64,000 nucleotides of DNA from an uncultured Alphaproteobacteria bacterium (GTDB taxonomy: Bacteria > Pseudomonadota > Alphaproteobacteria > Rs-D84), in contig CALXMA010000002.1 in the NCBI GenBank assembly GCA_944389345.1, positions 75,406 to 139,405 on the forward strand, given 5' to 3'. Positions within the stretch are counted from its first letter, which is position 1. Each line of letters begins with the position of its first letter. A model generated the notes under the pieces. That model was not told the DNA's origin. It made no database searches and worked only from the letters and a program-made list of their open reading frames with translations. Both the position numbers and the translations under genes were made by a program. Shown piece by piece: positions 46,601-53,894 of the stretch.

Positions 46601-47825
46601 CCTGGCGCATGAACAGATTAATCGCGGCTTCAAGCGTGGGACGTTCGCCCGGACGGATAATGTTATATATTTCAATTAACGCTTCTTCGCGATTGGACAT
46701 CTTGTCCGCAATCAATGTATTACGCATGTGCGCAGATACGGTCGTGTTATCAATCGCAATCAGTGAAATTTCGCGAACGTTCAACTTTTCAATATCGGCC
46801 AAAACATCGTTCGTTATTTCCGTGCCGGCACGATATAAAACATTACCTTCGCCGTCGGTAATCGGTTCGAACAGGTATTCGCCCAACAAACTGTCGGAAA
46901 CAATGCCGAATTCCGCGGACGCAGACATAACACGCGACAAACGTTTGGCGTTCATACGATCGCCCTTGTTGGCCAAAGTTTTCTTGTCCTTGGGGTTAAT
47001 CAAATCATAATTCAAACGGTATTTATCCAATCCCTGGAATGCGGATGTTTGGCCAATCCACATATTGCCGTCAAATTTTAACGGAATCTTTTGATAAAAT
47101 ACGCCCAGGATTTCCGTGTCGTCCATACCGCGAATTGTCGGTTTGCGCGGATCCGCCAACCATTTCTTTTCGTCTTCGGCAGACGGCAGACAGCGCAACA
47201 AAACCGTGGCCGGGATTTTACGGCGGCGGTCAATACGTACATAAATAACACCCTTGGATTCTTCGAAATCAATCCAAGAACCATGTTCCGGGATAATACG
47301 CGCCGTATATGTAATTGGGTTTCCGGCAATCTTGGCTTCTTTGGTGGTGGCGAAAACGACACCTTGGGCACGATGCATTTGCGAAACGATAACACGTTCA
47401 ACACCGGCGGCAATAAAACTGCCCCGTTCGGTCATCAACGGCACATCACCCATAAAGATTTCTTGTTCTTTGATATCGCGCAAAGATTTTTTGCCAGATT
47501 CATCGATATCCCATAAAATCAATCTCAGCTTCAATTTCAATTTGCTGGAATACGTCATATTGCGCAACATGCATTCTTTGACGTTGTACACAGGTTTATC
47601 CAGCGTATATTCGACAAATTCCAAATCGGCATTGCCCGCATAATCATGAATCGGGAACATAGATTTGAAAACATTTTGCAGACCAATATTCTTTCTGTTT
47701 TGCGGATCAACATCAGCCTGCAAGAAATCTTTGTAGGAATTATATTGAATTTCAACTAAATCAGGAAGCGGAGTTTGCAAAAAACTTTTTCCAAAAGATT
47801 TTCTGAATTTCTGGATAACTGCCAT
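43686..47825 (-). CDS. rpoB: DNA-directed RNA polymerase subunit beta
   Basis: ~1379 aa from the ATG at 47825 (AAGGA RBS 9 nt upstream). Universal beta blocks (..GRHGNKGIVSK.., ..NYEDSIVISE..). Confidence 0.98.
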   Translation of the reverse strand: MAVIQKFRKSFGKSFLQTPLPDLVEIQYNSYKDFLQADVDPQNRKNIGLQNVFKSMFPIHDYAGNADLEFVEYTLDKPVYNVKECMLRNMTYSSKLKLKLRLILWDIDESGKKSLRDIKEQEIFMGDVPLMTERGSFIAAGVERVIVSQMHRAQGVVFATTKEAKIAGNPITYTARIIPEHGSWIDFEESKGVIYVRIDRRRKIPATVLLRCLPSAEDEKKWLADPRKPTIRGMDDTEILGVFYQKIPLKFDGNMWIGQTSAFQGLDKYRLNYDLINPKDKKTLANKGDRMNAKRLSRVMSASAEFGIVSDSLLGEYLFEPITDGEGNVLYRAGTEITNDVLADIEKLNVREISLIAIDNTTVSAHMRNTLIADKMSNREEALIEIYNIIRPGERPTLEAAINLFMRQGFDPAYYDLSAVGRFKMNKRLKIDSGKKPEDERLLSKSDFLAVLKTLTNIIDHKDNVDDIDNLSNRRVRTVGELLEQNFRTGMVRIERLVRESLSSPSIATMQPQDVINVKPLMSLVSEFLGTSQLSQFMDAYNPLSELEHKRRISALGPGGLNRDRAGIDVRDVHPTHYGRLCPINTPEGANIGLINHLATYARVNPYGFIETPYYVVENSKITDKMVYLTADEELGHKIAQGNTPTTASGVLAEDMVTARVDGEFTMVPKEEVDLIDVEPRQVVSIATGLIPFVENDDANRALMGSNMQRQAIPLLRVQAPLVGTGIEREVARDSRTGVVAKHSGVVESADANRIVVKCMNSRNVVTGVDIYNLEKFERSNSETLIHQKPLVKVGDRISAGDIIADGSSMNYGELALGRNVLVAFVPWRGYNYEDSIVISERISRDDVFTSVKIVEKEFKVRDTQLGPESLTRDIPNVSEEALKNLDESGIIYVGARVKQGDILVGRVSPKSETLLTPEEALLRNIFGEKALNVKDTSLRVGPNEEGTVIGVNVLTRHGVKKDERTQMIELQKIEQINKDREEETSIIERGFADQIFQMAEGLVIDGGTGSLKPFVGKKLTQEVFEGIRPSDVKKLVVHDKEVQAKIDELREQHVAKLKALNDKADAEVAKATESNSLGAGVLKEVKVYIAHKMKLQPGDKMAGRHGNKGIVSKVVPIEDMPYMEDGTPVDLVLNPLGVPSRMNLGQILETHLGMAARTLGQQIGAVLEEVKQKRAVTDDLRTIMGKIYGKETAEKLDKMTDTDVRAEATLLRDGVPMATPTFDGATSDDIRRMLKMAKLPESGQFTLYDGMTGEKFARPVTVGVMYMLKLHHLVDEKIHARSIGNYSLVTQQPLSGKAHMGGQRLGEMEVWALEAHGAAHLLREMLTVKSDDIIGRTKMYEAIISGSNDFQTGTPEAFNVFVRELRGLGLALTPKKID

Positions 47826-47834
47826 TGGTTTCAA

Positions 47835-47979
47835 TCCTTTTTTTTATGCGTTTTGCAAACGAAATTTAATAGCATTCTTTTACGCCTTGGCGCCCACCAA
47901 GGGATTTTTCCCCAGGTGGGCCACAGGCGACGCAGTAATTACCGCGATTTTATTTTTGGAACCGTGTCCCACAGGTTAA
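47835..47979 (-). promoter_or_regulatory. rplL-rpoB intergenic spacer with hairpins (attenuator-like)
   Basis: 145-nt spacer containing the CCTTGG-TGGGCG-CCAAGG hairpin and other GC stems. Position is analogous to the partial terminator known between rplL and rpoB in E. coli. Confidence 0.3.
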
Positions 47980-48345
47980 TTATTTCAATTCAACCTTGGC
48001 ACCGGCACCTTCTAATGTAGCCTTCATTTTTTCGGCTTCATCTTTGGCGACCGCTTCTTTGATGGTCTTTGGTGCAGATTCTACCAATGCCTTGGCTTCA
48101 CCCAGACCCAAGCCTGTCATTTCTTTCACAGCCTTGATAACAGCCAATTTGTTTGCACCGGTATCGGCCAGCACAACATCAAATTCTGTTTTTTCTTCAG
48201 CAGCAGCGGCAACAGGACCCGCGGCAACCGCAACAGCGGCGGCGGCACTGACGCCCCATGTTTCTTCTAATGCTTTGGACAATTCAACTGCTTCCAAAAC
48301 GGTCAATTTTGACAATTCTTCAACTAATTTTTGAATGTCTGCCAT
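47980..48345 (-). CDS. rplL: 50S ribosomal protein L7/L12
   Basis: 121 aa. Ala-rich hinge. C-terminal ...[37 protein letters not shown]. Confidence 0.97.
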   Translation of the reverse strand: MADIQKLVEELSKLTVLEAVELSKALEETWGVSAAAAVAVAAGPVAAAAEEKTEFDVVLADTGANKLAVIKAVKEMTGLGLGEAKALVESAPKTIKEAVAKDEAEKMKATLEGAGAKVELK

Positions 48346-48390
48346 TTTTTTGCTCCTATGTAATCAGAACGCACAGGTTCTGGTTTTTGT

Positions 48391-48867
48391 TTATTCTTTT
48401 TTTCCATACTCTGCAGAAACGCGCGCCAGACGAGATGCAGGTTCTATTAATATACGTGCAATCTGACCACGAATTTCCAACAGGGACGGCAGTTTGGATA
48501 ATTGCAAAATGTCGTCTTTGCTTAATACATCTGCGTCCATTTTTCCACCAATGATGGCCACATTTGGATGTTCATCTGCAAATTTAGCCAAAACCTTGGT
48601 CACGGCCAGGCCGTCTGTTGCAATCGCAACCGCGGTCGGACGTTTCATCATTTCAGACACAGGTTCAAAATTGGTGCCTTTTAACGCCAATTTCATCAAA
48701 CGGTTTTTAACAACCCGAAACGCAGAAACCAATGGACGCAATTCATTACGCAACGCTTCCATTTCTTTCACCGTCAGGCCATTGTTTTCAATAACGAAAA
48801 CACCGTTTGCTTCCTGCAAGGACGATTGCAACGCTGAAATCAAATCTGATTTTTCTTCGCGTCTCAT
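48391..48867 (-). CDS. rplJ: 50S ribosomal protein L10
   Basis: 158 aa, L10-like N-terminus MRREEKSDLISALQSSL...; position upstream of rplL. Confidence 0.93.
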   Translation of the reverse strand: MRREEKSDLISALQSSLQEANGVFVIENNGLTVKEMEALRNELRPLVSAFRVVKNRLMKLALKGTNFEPVSEMMKRPTAVAIATDGLAVTKVLAKFADEHPNVAIIGGKMDADVLSKDDILQLSKLPSLLEIRGQIARILIEPASRLARVSAEYGKKE

Positions 48868-49079
48868 ATCTTTACCCTTATCTGCAAGATTTTGAAACGA
48901 ATTTCAAAATCCCTGTACTTGTTAAACTTTCCATCCGATGTTCCCATCGGGTGGGGCCAATATTTCCGCCCCAAAGAATTTTCTTTGTCTATGATGGCAA
49001 TTAAGTCCGATTTCCGGGCACCATCAGTCTTGGACAGAAATCTGTACGCGGTCGGGGCAACGCCCACAACCGCGATTTA
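48868..49079 (-). promoter_or_regulatory. Untranslated rplA-rplJ spacer (probable L10 leader)
   Basis: 212-nt non-coding gap upstream of rplJ, where L10(L12)n autoregulatory leaders occur in many bacteria. I did not verify the structure. Confidence 0.3.
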
Positions 49080-49754
49080 TTATTTTACGTCAACCTTTAA
49101 TCCAGGACCCTGGGTCGTCGCAACCGATGCGCCCAAAATATACTGGCCCTTGACAGATGCAGGTTTAACCTTTTTCAATTGATCAACCAATGCGTTCACA
49201 TTTTCAACCAATTTGTCTGTCGCGAATGACATTTTGCCAACGCCGGCGTGGATAATACCCTTCTTTTCAGCACGATATTCAATCTGACCCGCCTTGGCCG
49301 TGGCAACGGCGTCCGCAACATTGTTTGTAACAGTTCCCAATTTCGGATTCGGCATCAAACCCTTGGGCCCCAGGATACGTGCAATCTTTGACATTTTCGG
49401 CATCATGTCCGGTGTTGCAATAACACGGTCAAAGTTAATTTCACCACCTGCAACCTTTTCAATCAGGTCTTCGCCACCGACAACGTCGGCACCGGCCTTG
49501 GTCGCTTCGTCTGCGCTGTTTACCGTAAACACGGCAACGCGAACCGTTTTTCCAGTACCATTCGGCAAAGATACCATGCCACGAATGTTCTGGTCTGCCT
49601 TGGTCACATCGACCCCCAGACGAATTGCAATTTCCAATGTTTCATCAAACTTTTTGGACGTATATGCACGCAATGCATCAATCGCATCCGCCACAGAATA
49701 AACACGTTCCGTGTCCAAATTCGTCCACGTTTTTTGTCTTTTCGTCAGTTTCAT
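49080..49754 (-). CDS. rplA: 50S ribosomal protein L1
   Basis: 224 aa, ...FDETLEIAIRLGVD...GKTVRVAVF... L1 pattern. Confidence 0.96.
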   Translation of the reverse strand: MKLTKRQKTWTNLDTERVYSVADAIDALRAYTSKKFDETLEIAIRLGVDVTKADQNIRGMVSLPNGTGKTVRVAVFTVNSADEATKAGADVVGGEDLIEKVAGGEINFDRVIATPDMMPKMSKIARILGPKGLMPNPKLGTVTNNVADAVATAKAGQIEYRAEKKGIIHAGVGKMSFATDKLVENVNALVDQLKKVKPASVKGQYILGASVATTQGPGLKVDVK

Positions 49755-49758
49755 GGCT

Positions 49759-50190
49759 TTATTCCTCCACCTTTACGCCCATTGAACGGCATTGACCCGC
49801 AACGATATTCATCGCAGATTCAATGGTAGAGCAATTCAAGTCCGGCATTTTGTTTTCAGCAATTTCGCGAATTTGCGCCTTGGTAATAGTGCCAACAAAA
49901 TCACGACCCGGTTTATGAGAACCGATTTTCAATTTTAACGCTTTTTTGATATAGTAAGACACCGGTGGCAATTTCATAATAAATTCGAAACTGCGATCTG
50001 TGTACACCGTTATAATACATGGAATCGGCATACCCGGTTCTTTGTCAGCCGTTTTATCATTAAACTGTTTGCAGAATTCTGCAATATTAACACCGGCGGC
50101 ACCCAACGCGGGTCCAATCGGTGGCGCAGGATTTGCCTGCTTAGCCGGGACGACCAATTTGACCAATCCCTTGACTTCTTTCTTTGCCAT
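49759..50190 (-). CDS. rplK: 50S ribosomal protein L11
   Basis: 143 aa, ...[30 protein letters not shown]... L11 signature. Confidence 0.97.
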   Translation of the reverse strand: MAKKEVKGLVKLVVPAKQANPAPPIGPALGAAGVNIAEFCKQFNDKTADKEPGMPIPCIITVYTDRSFEFIMKLPPVSYYIKKALKLKIGSHKPGRDFVGTITKAQIREIAENKMPDLNCSTIESAMNIVAGQCRSMGVKVEE

Positions 50191-50283
50191 TTATTCACTC
50201 CTTGTTTCAGTCAGTGTTGTGGTACGATGTGGCGCATCTACCACTGGATTTTTATTGGAACAATTCCACAAAAATCCAAAAAA

Positions 50284-50466
50284 CTATTTTTGGCGCGGTT
50301 GCATATCAGATATAACCTTGGCAACCCATGCCCGGCGTTCGTTCGTTATTTTTTCCAGCATTGCACGGGTTTCTGGTTTTTCGCGCCAACGTTTCAAAGC
50401 AACCATCAATTCTTCGCGCGATATACTTACACGATAATGTCCGGACAAATCCCGTTTTATTTCCAT
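50284..50466 (-). CDS. Small hypothetical protein (60 aa) inserted between nusG and rplK
   Basis: The ATG starts 2 nt after the nusG TAA, with purine-rich GGTGGAAAGAG upstream. Basic helical sequence, not recognised. Confidence 0.45.
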   Translation of the reverse strand: MEIKRDLSGHYRVSISREELMVALKRWREKPETRAMLEKITNERRAWVAKVISDMQPRQK

Positions 50467-50468
50467 AC

Positions 50469-51002
50469 TTATACTCTTTCCACCTGTTCAAAGTCTAATT
50501 CAACACTGGTTTCACGACCAAACACCAAAATCGTTACGGTCATTTTTTGCTTCACATTATCAACTTCGGCAATAACACCATTAAAGCCCGCAAATGGCCC
50601 GTCGATAACATGCACTTCTTGGCCCACGTCGTATGTCGTATCTTCTTCGACAACACTGCCCTCTTCTACTTGCTTTAACAGACGACGCGCTTCTTCTTCG
50701 CTGACCGCGATTGGTTTATTTTTCGCCCCCAAGAACATAACAACCTGGGGCATCAATTTTACCAACGAAAACGTTTCGTTGTTCATAACCATCTGGACAA
50801 CAATATAGCCAGGAAAGAATTTCTTTTCCGTCTTAACACGTTTGCCGGCCTTGACCTCTGTAATTTCACGGGTCGGGACCAGAATTTCGCCAAAATACGC
50901 ATTCAAGCGACGTTTGTCAATCTGTTCACGTAAACCACGCGCAACCTTGTCTTCGCAACCGGTATGAACGTTCACAACGAACCACTGCATTTTATCTTCC
51001 AT
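50469..51002 (-). CDS. nusG: Transcription termination/antitermination factor NusG
   Basis: MQWFVVNVHTGCEDKV... NGN domain, and C-terminal KOW (...FAGFNGVIAEVD...). The start may be at 50990. Confidence 0.95.
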   Translation of the reverse strand: MEDKMQWFVVNVHTGCEDKVARGLREQIDKRRLNAYFGEILVPTREITEVKAGKRVKTEKKFFPGYIVVQMVMNNETFSLVKLMPQVVMFLGAKNKPIAVSEEEARRLLKQVEEGSVVEEDTTYDVGQEVHVIDGPFAGFNGVIAEVDNVKQKMTVTILVFGRETSVELDFEQVERV

Positions 51003-51021
51003 GACTGTATCCTTTGCCCGT

Positions 51022-51201
51022 TTAGAAAATCCAACCCATCAGCGCGTTCAGACCACTGTCCACAACAAAAAAGAACAACGCCGCCAATCCAGAAAATATC
51101 AAAATCATAATCGTTGCACGAATAACCGTATCGCGCGACGGCCATACAATTTTGAACCATTCACCGCGCACAGATTTGATATAATCCAGTATTTTCTTCA
51201 T
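51022..51201 (-). CDS. secE: Preprotein translocase subunit SecE
   Basis: 59 aa from MKKILDYIKSVRGEWFKIVWPSRDTV... plus a single TM. Position between tRNA-Trp and nusG. Confidence 0.9.
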   Translation of the reverse strand: MKKILDYIKSVRGEWFKIVWPSRDTVIRATIMILIFSGLAALFFFVVDSGLNALMGWIF

Positions 51202-51298
51202 ATGTGTACACCTAAAACAAAAACGTTCCGTATTACCTGCTATGACGCCATGACTTAAAATTCCCCAAAATATGGCAAGCATATTTTGGTGAATTTTA

Positions 51299-51372
51299 TG
51301 GCAGGGGCAGAAGGAATCGAACCCTCATCCGCGGTTTTGGAGACCGATATTCTACCGTTGAACTATGCCCCT
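51299..51372 (-). tRNA. tRNA-Trp (anticodon CCA), CCA encoded
   Basis: Minus strand AGGGGCA TA GTTC AACGGTA GAAT A TCGGT CTCCAAA ACCGC GGAT GAGGG TTCGATT CCTTC TGCCCCT G CCA. Canonical position upstream of secE. Confidence 0.9.
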
Positions 51373-51595
51373 ATTTTAACTGTAAAAACATCCGTCTTTA
51401 CACCGTCTGACCCCGCAGTCTGCGTAAAGATAGCACAAGAATACAGAAAATCAAGCGGAAATTATTATACTTTTTTAATTTATTTACTGCAAGCAAAAAG
51501 TTATCCGCACATCGTAATATTTTGTCCCGCCGTGCGCGCACATCACCCATACACATCAACCAGTAAACATTACACTGTTATTATGCACTTTTTAC

Positions 51596-51625
51596 TTGCG
51601 CAGGTGTTGTTTTTTTGTCTACAAT
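51596..51625 (+). promoter_or_regulatory. Possible sigma70-like promoter of the virB8-10-like operon
   Basis: TTGCGC (51596-51601), 18 nt, TACAAT (51620-51625). Confidence 0.35.
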
Positions 51626-51653
51626 CGGTTTGTATAAAAGGGAGAGGATTCCA

Positions 51654-52325
51654 TTGCAAAACCGCGTAGAACCGCCAATTTTGCTGTCCAGGCTGATGAT
51701 TTTTGTATTCGCGACCATGTTGGTCGTGCTGGGGGCGTTGGGGGTAACGCTGTACAACATGTTTCCGCTGGACCGGCCCCAGGTGTTCTTTTTAATGACC
51801 GCGCCAAAAAATGATTTGAAAATGGTTATGCGCGAAATGGTGCCAAACGACACCAATCTGGATGCGTTCAAGTATGCATTTATCCGCGAATACATCCGTG
51901 CCCGGAACGAGGTTGTACCCAACGCCCGCGAAATGCGCACAAAATGGAACAACGGGCCAGATGGCGTTGTGTATTCTTGGTCCACGCCGGACGTATATAA
52001 CGCGTTCACCCAAACAAATATGTGGAACGCGTGGATGAGTGAAATTCCAGATTTCGAATTCTCGTGTTCTGTGGAATTTGAAACAGGCGCAATAGAACCA
52101 CGCATCGAAGGAACAGAATACGCAGTTAGTTTTAAGTATTTTTGTTCAGATAGTAATAGACAGATGGATAAAAAAGATTATACAATAAAGATAAAATTAA
52201 CTATGGACGACGGCACAGAAATGAAATGGGCCGACAGGTTAAACAACCCATTGGGTATTCGCGTTTCTGAATACGTAATAGAATCTGGAAACGGCGACCC
52301 ATTGGATACGGGGTATTTGGAATAA
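51654..52325 (+). CDS. VirB8/TrbF-like type IV secretion inner-membrane protein
   Basis: TTG start 7 nt after GGAGAGG (an alternative TTG lies at 51615). Single N-terminal TM. Periplasmic domain ending ...ADRLNNPLGIRVSEYVIE, like the NPLGFxV C-terminal signature of VirB8. Confidence 0.7.
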   Translation: MQNRVEPPILLSRLMIFVFATMLVVLGALGVTLYNMFPLDRPQVFFLMTAPKNDLKMVMREMVPNDTNLDAFKYAFIREYIRARNEVVPNAREMRTKWNNGPDGVVYSWSTPDVYNAFTQTNMWNAWMSEIPDFEFSCSVEFETGAIEPRIEGTEYAVSFKYFCSDSNRQMDKKDYTIKIKLTMDDGTEMKWADRLNNPLGIRVSEYVIESGNGDPLDTGYLE

Positions 52326-52354
52326 TCCGCCCCACGAAAACGGAAGGACAAGGT

Positions 52355-53875
52355 ATGACATTTTCAAAGGCGATTAAGTTAAATGTATCTGTATTATGCC
52401 TGTGCATGCTGTGCGCAAACGGGGCGATGGGCACTCCGTACGGTGTTCAAAGCGCCTGGGACAACCCAAGTGCAAATATGGCATCGGGCAGTTTGAAGCC
52501 TGGATATGCACAGTTAACCTGGTCCAAGGGCAGTGTTTTACCCGTTAAATTACGCAATGGTATGACAACATTGATTACGTTGCCGAACGGCGAAAAAATT
52601 GCCGACGCGGTTGTCGGAAACGATGGATTGTTTTCTATTGATACCGCCAAGGGCAGTAATACCATGTTCATAACGCCGGCGACGTCGAACCAGGGTTCTG
52701 ATACAAATTTAATCGTGACCGGGGAATCCGGGAACGTGTACACATTCTATCTGCGCAGTGAGCCATCAAATGCCAGTGAAATTACATATTCCCAGGTTGA
52801 TGTTATTTTGGATGGAAATTCAACGGTGCCAATGGCGGGCGGTACAACCGCATCGGCGGGGTCCGCGTCCATTTTCAAAAAGGTGTCAAACGCATCCAGT
52901 ACCGTTGGTGTTGACGGCGAAGATTACGGGTGGATAAAGTCTATGAAAATAGACCCGTCTGAATTCCGTTTTGATTTGGATATTTTCGTTCCGAACCCAG
53001 ATGATTATGTCATTGCGCCAGAACGCGTGTGGCGCGATCGCATATTCACATACATCGATTTCGGGGACAAGGTTATTTCTATGACCCAACGTCCGGTTGT
53101 ATCGCTGTTAATCGAAGGTGGCGAATCCCCCGTTGGTTTCCGCACAGATGGCGAAGATGGTCGTCTGTTAATTGTCGAAGCGGTCGGTGATATGGTTCTG
53201 CGCAGTGGTCAACGCATCGTATGTATTAAAAAGCGCGAAAAACCGTTCTTGATTGCAGATACGGCGTCGGTTATGGCATTGGCGGAATCAAATGTCGCGC
53301 AGAGTATGATGTCTGGACAATCGTTAAATAATATAGCATACAGCGCCAGCCAGGCCGCCATTAATGCGTCTGCAAACGGATACGCCACCACACCGATGAT
53401 GGTTGGAAATATGCCGATGGGTGGCACAACCGCCGGGTACTATGCGCCCGCCGGGTTCGTATCCACGGGCACAACGGGTGGCGGAACACGCGGTTTGTCC
53501 ATGGTTCCGACAGAACGTCTGACCGCGGGTTCGTTTTTACCCCAATCTGATATTCCATTAATTACCAGCAACCAAACAGGTGTTGCCGTTGAATTAAAAT
53601 CTGATACGTCTATCAAGGCATTGGACGATTACTGGGCGAATTTGCTGGCCAAGTTCAGTGGTGCCGATGGCCAAGGCATATTGACCAAGTACAAAGATAT
53701 GGTGTTCTTTGCGGTTGATGAACAAGGCGTCGGCGATTTGGGCGCAGAATCATCAACGGCACGTCTGTATCGTTTACGCATCGGGCCATTGCAAGATGTT
53801 ACCACCGCACAAGAACTGTGCAATAAATTGCTGGAATTCAGCGGGGTCAGTTGCAATGTCGTGCGGATTCAATAG
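52355..53875 (+). CDS. VirB9/TrbG-like protein fused to a C-terminal SPOR-like domain
   Basis: Signal peptide. N domain ...TTLITLPNGEKIADAVVGNDGLFSI...TNLIVTGESGNVYTFYLRS. C domain ...RIFTYIDFGD...GRLLIVEAVGDMVLRSGQRIVCIKK. Last 98 aa (53579-53872) contain LYRLRIGPLQDVTTAQELCNKLLEFSGVSCNVV (SPOR pattern). Confidence 0.7.
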   Translation: MTFSKAIKLNVSVLCLCMLCANGAMGTPYGVQSAWDNPSANMASGSLKPGYAQLTWSKGSVLPVKLRNGMTTLITLPNGEKIADAVVGNDGLFSIDTAKGSNTMFITPATSNQGSDTNLIVTGESGNVYTFYLRSEPSNASEITYSQVDVILDGNSTVPMAGGTTASAGSASIFKKVSNASSTVGVDGEDYGWIKSMKIDPSEFRFDLDIFVPNPDDYVIAPERVWRDRIFTYIDFGDKVISMTQRPVVSLLIEGGESPVGFRTDGEDGRLLIVEAVGDMVLRSGQRIVCIKKREKPFLIADTASVMALAESNVAQSMMSGQSLNNIAYSASQAAINASANGYATTPMMVGNMPMGGTTAGYYAPAGFVSTGTTGGGTRGLSMVPTERLTAGSFLPQSDIPLITSNQTGVAVELKSDTSIKALDDYWANLLAKFSGADGQGILTKYKDMVFFAVDEQGVGDLGAESSTARLYRLRIGPLQDVTTAQELCNKLLEFSGVSCNVVRIQ

Positions 53876-53894
53876 GTAATGGTGGGAATAACCT

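Noticed and set aside
39534-47755. Many long antisense or alternative-frame ORFs inside rpoC and rpoB (for example 39999-40985, 328 aa)
   Set aside because: These are shadow ORFs opposite highly conserved genes. They have low-complexity S/T/P/R-rich translations and no start signals.
50306-50491. 61-aa alternative-frame ORF in the nusG-rplK gap
   Set aside because: It overlaps the nusG 3' end out of frame and lacks coupling or SD features, unlike the 50284-50466 frame.
51286-51669. 127-aa plus-strand ORF
   Set aside because: It begins inside and antisense to tRNA-Trp and has no RBS. Artefact.
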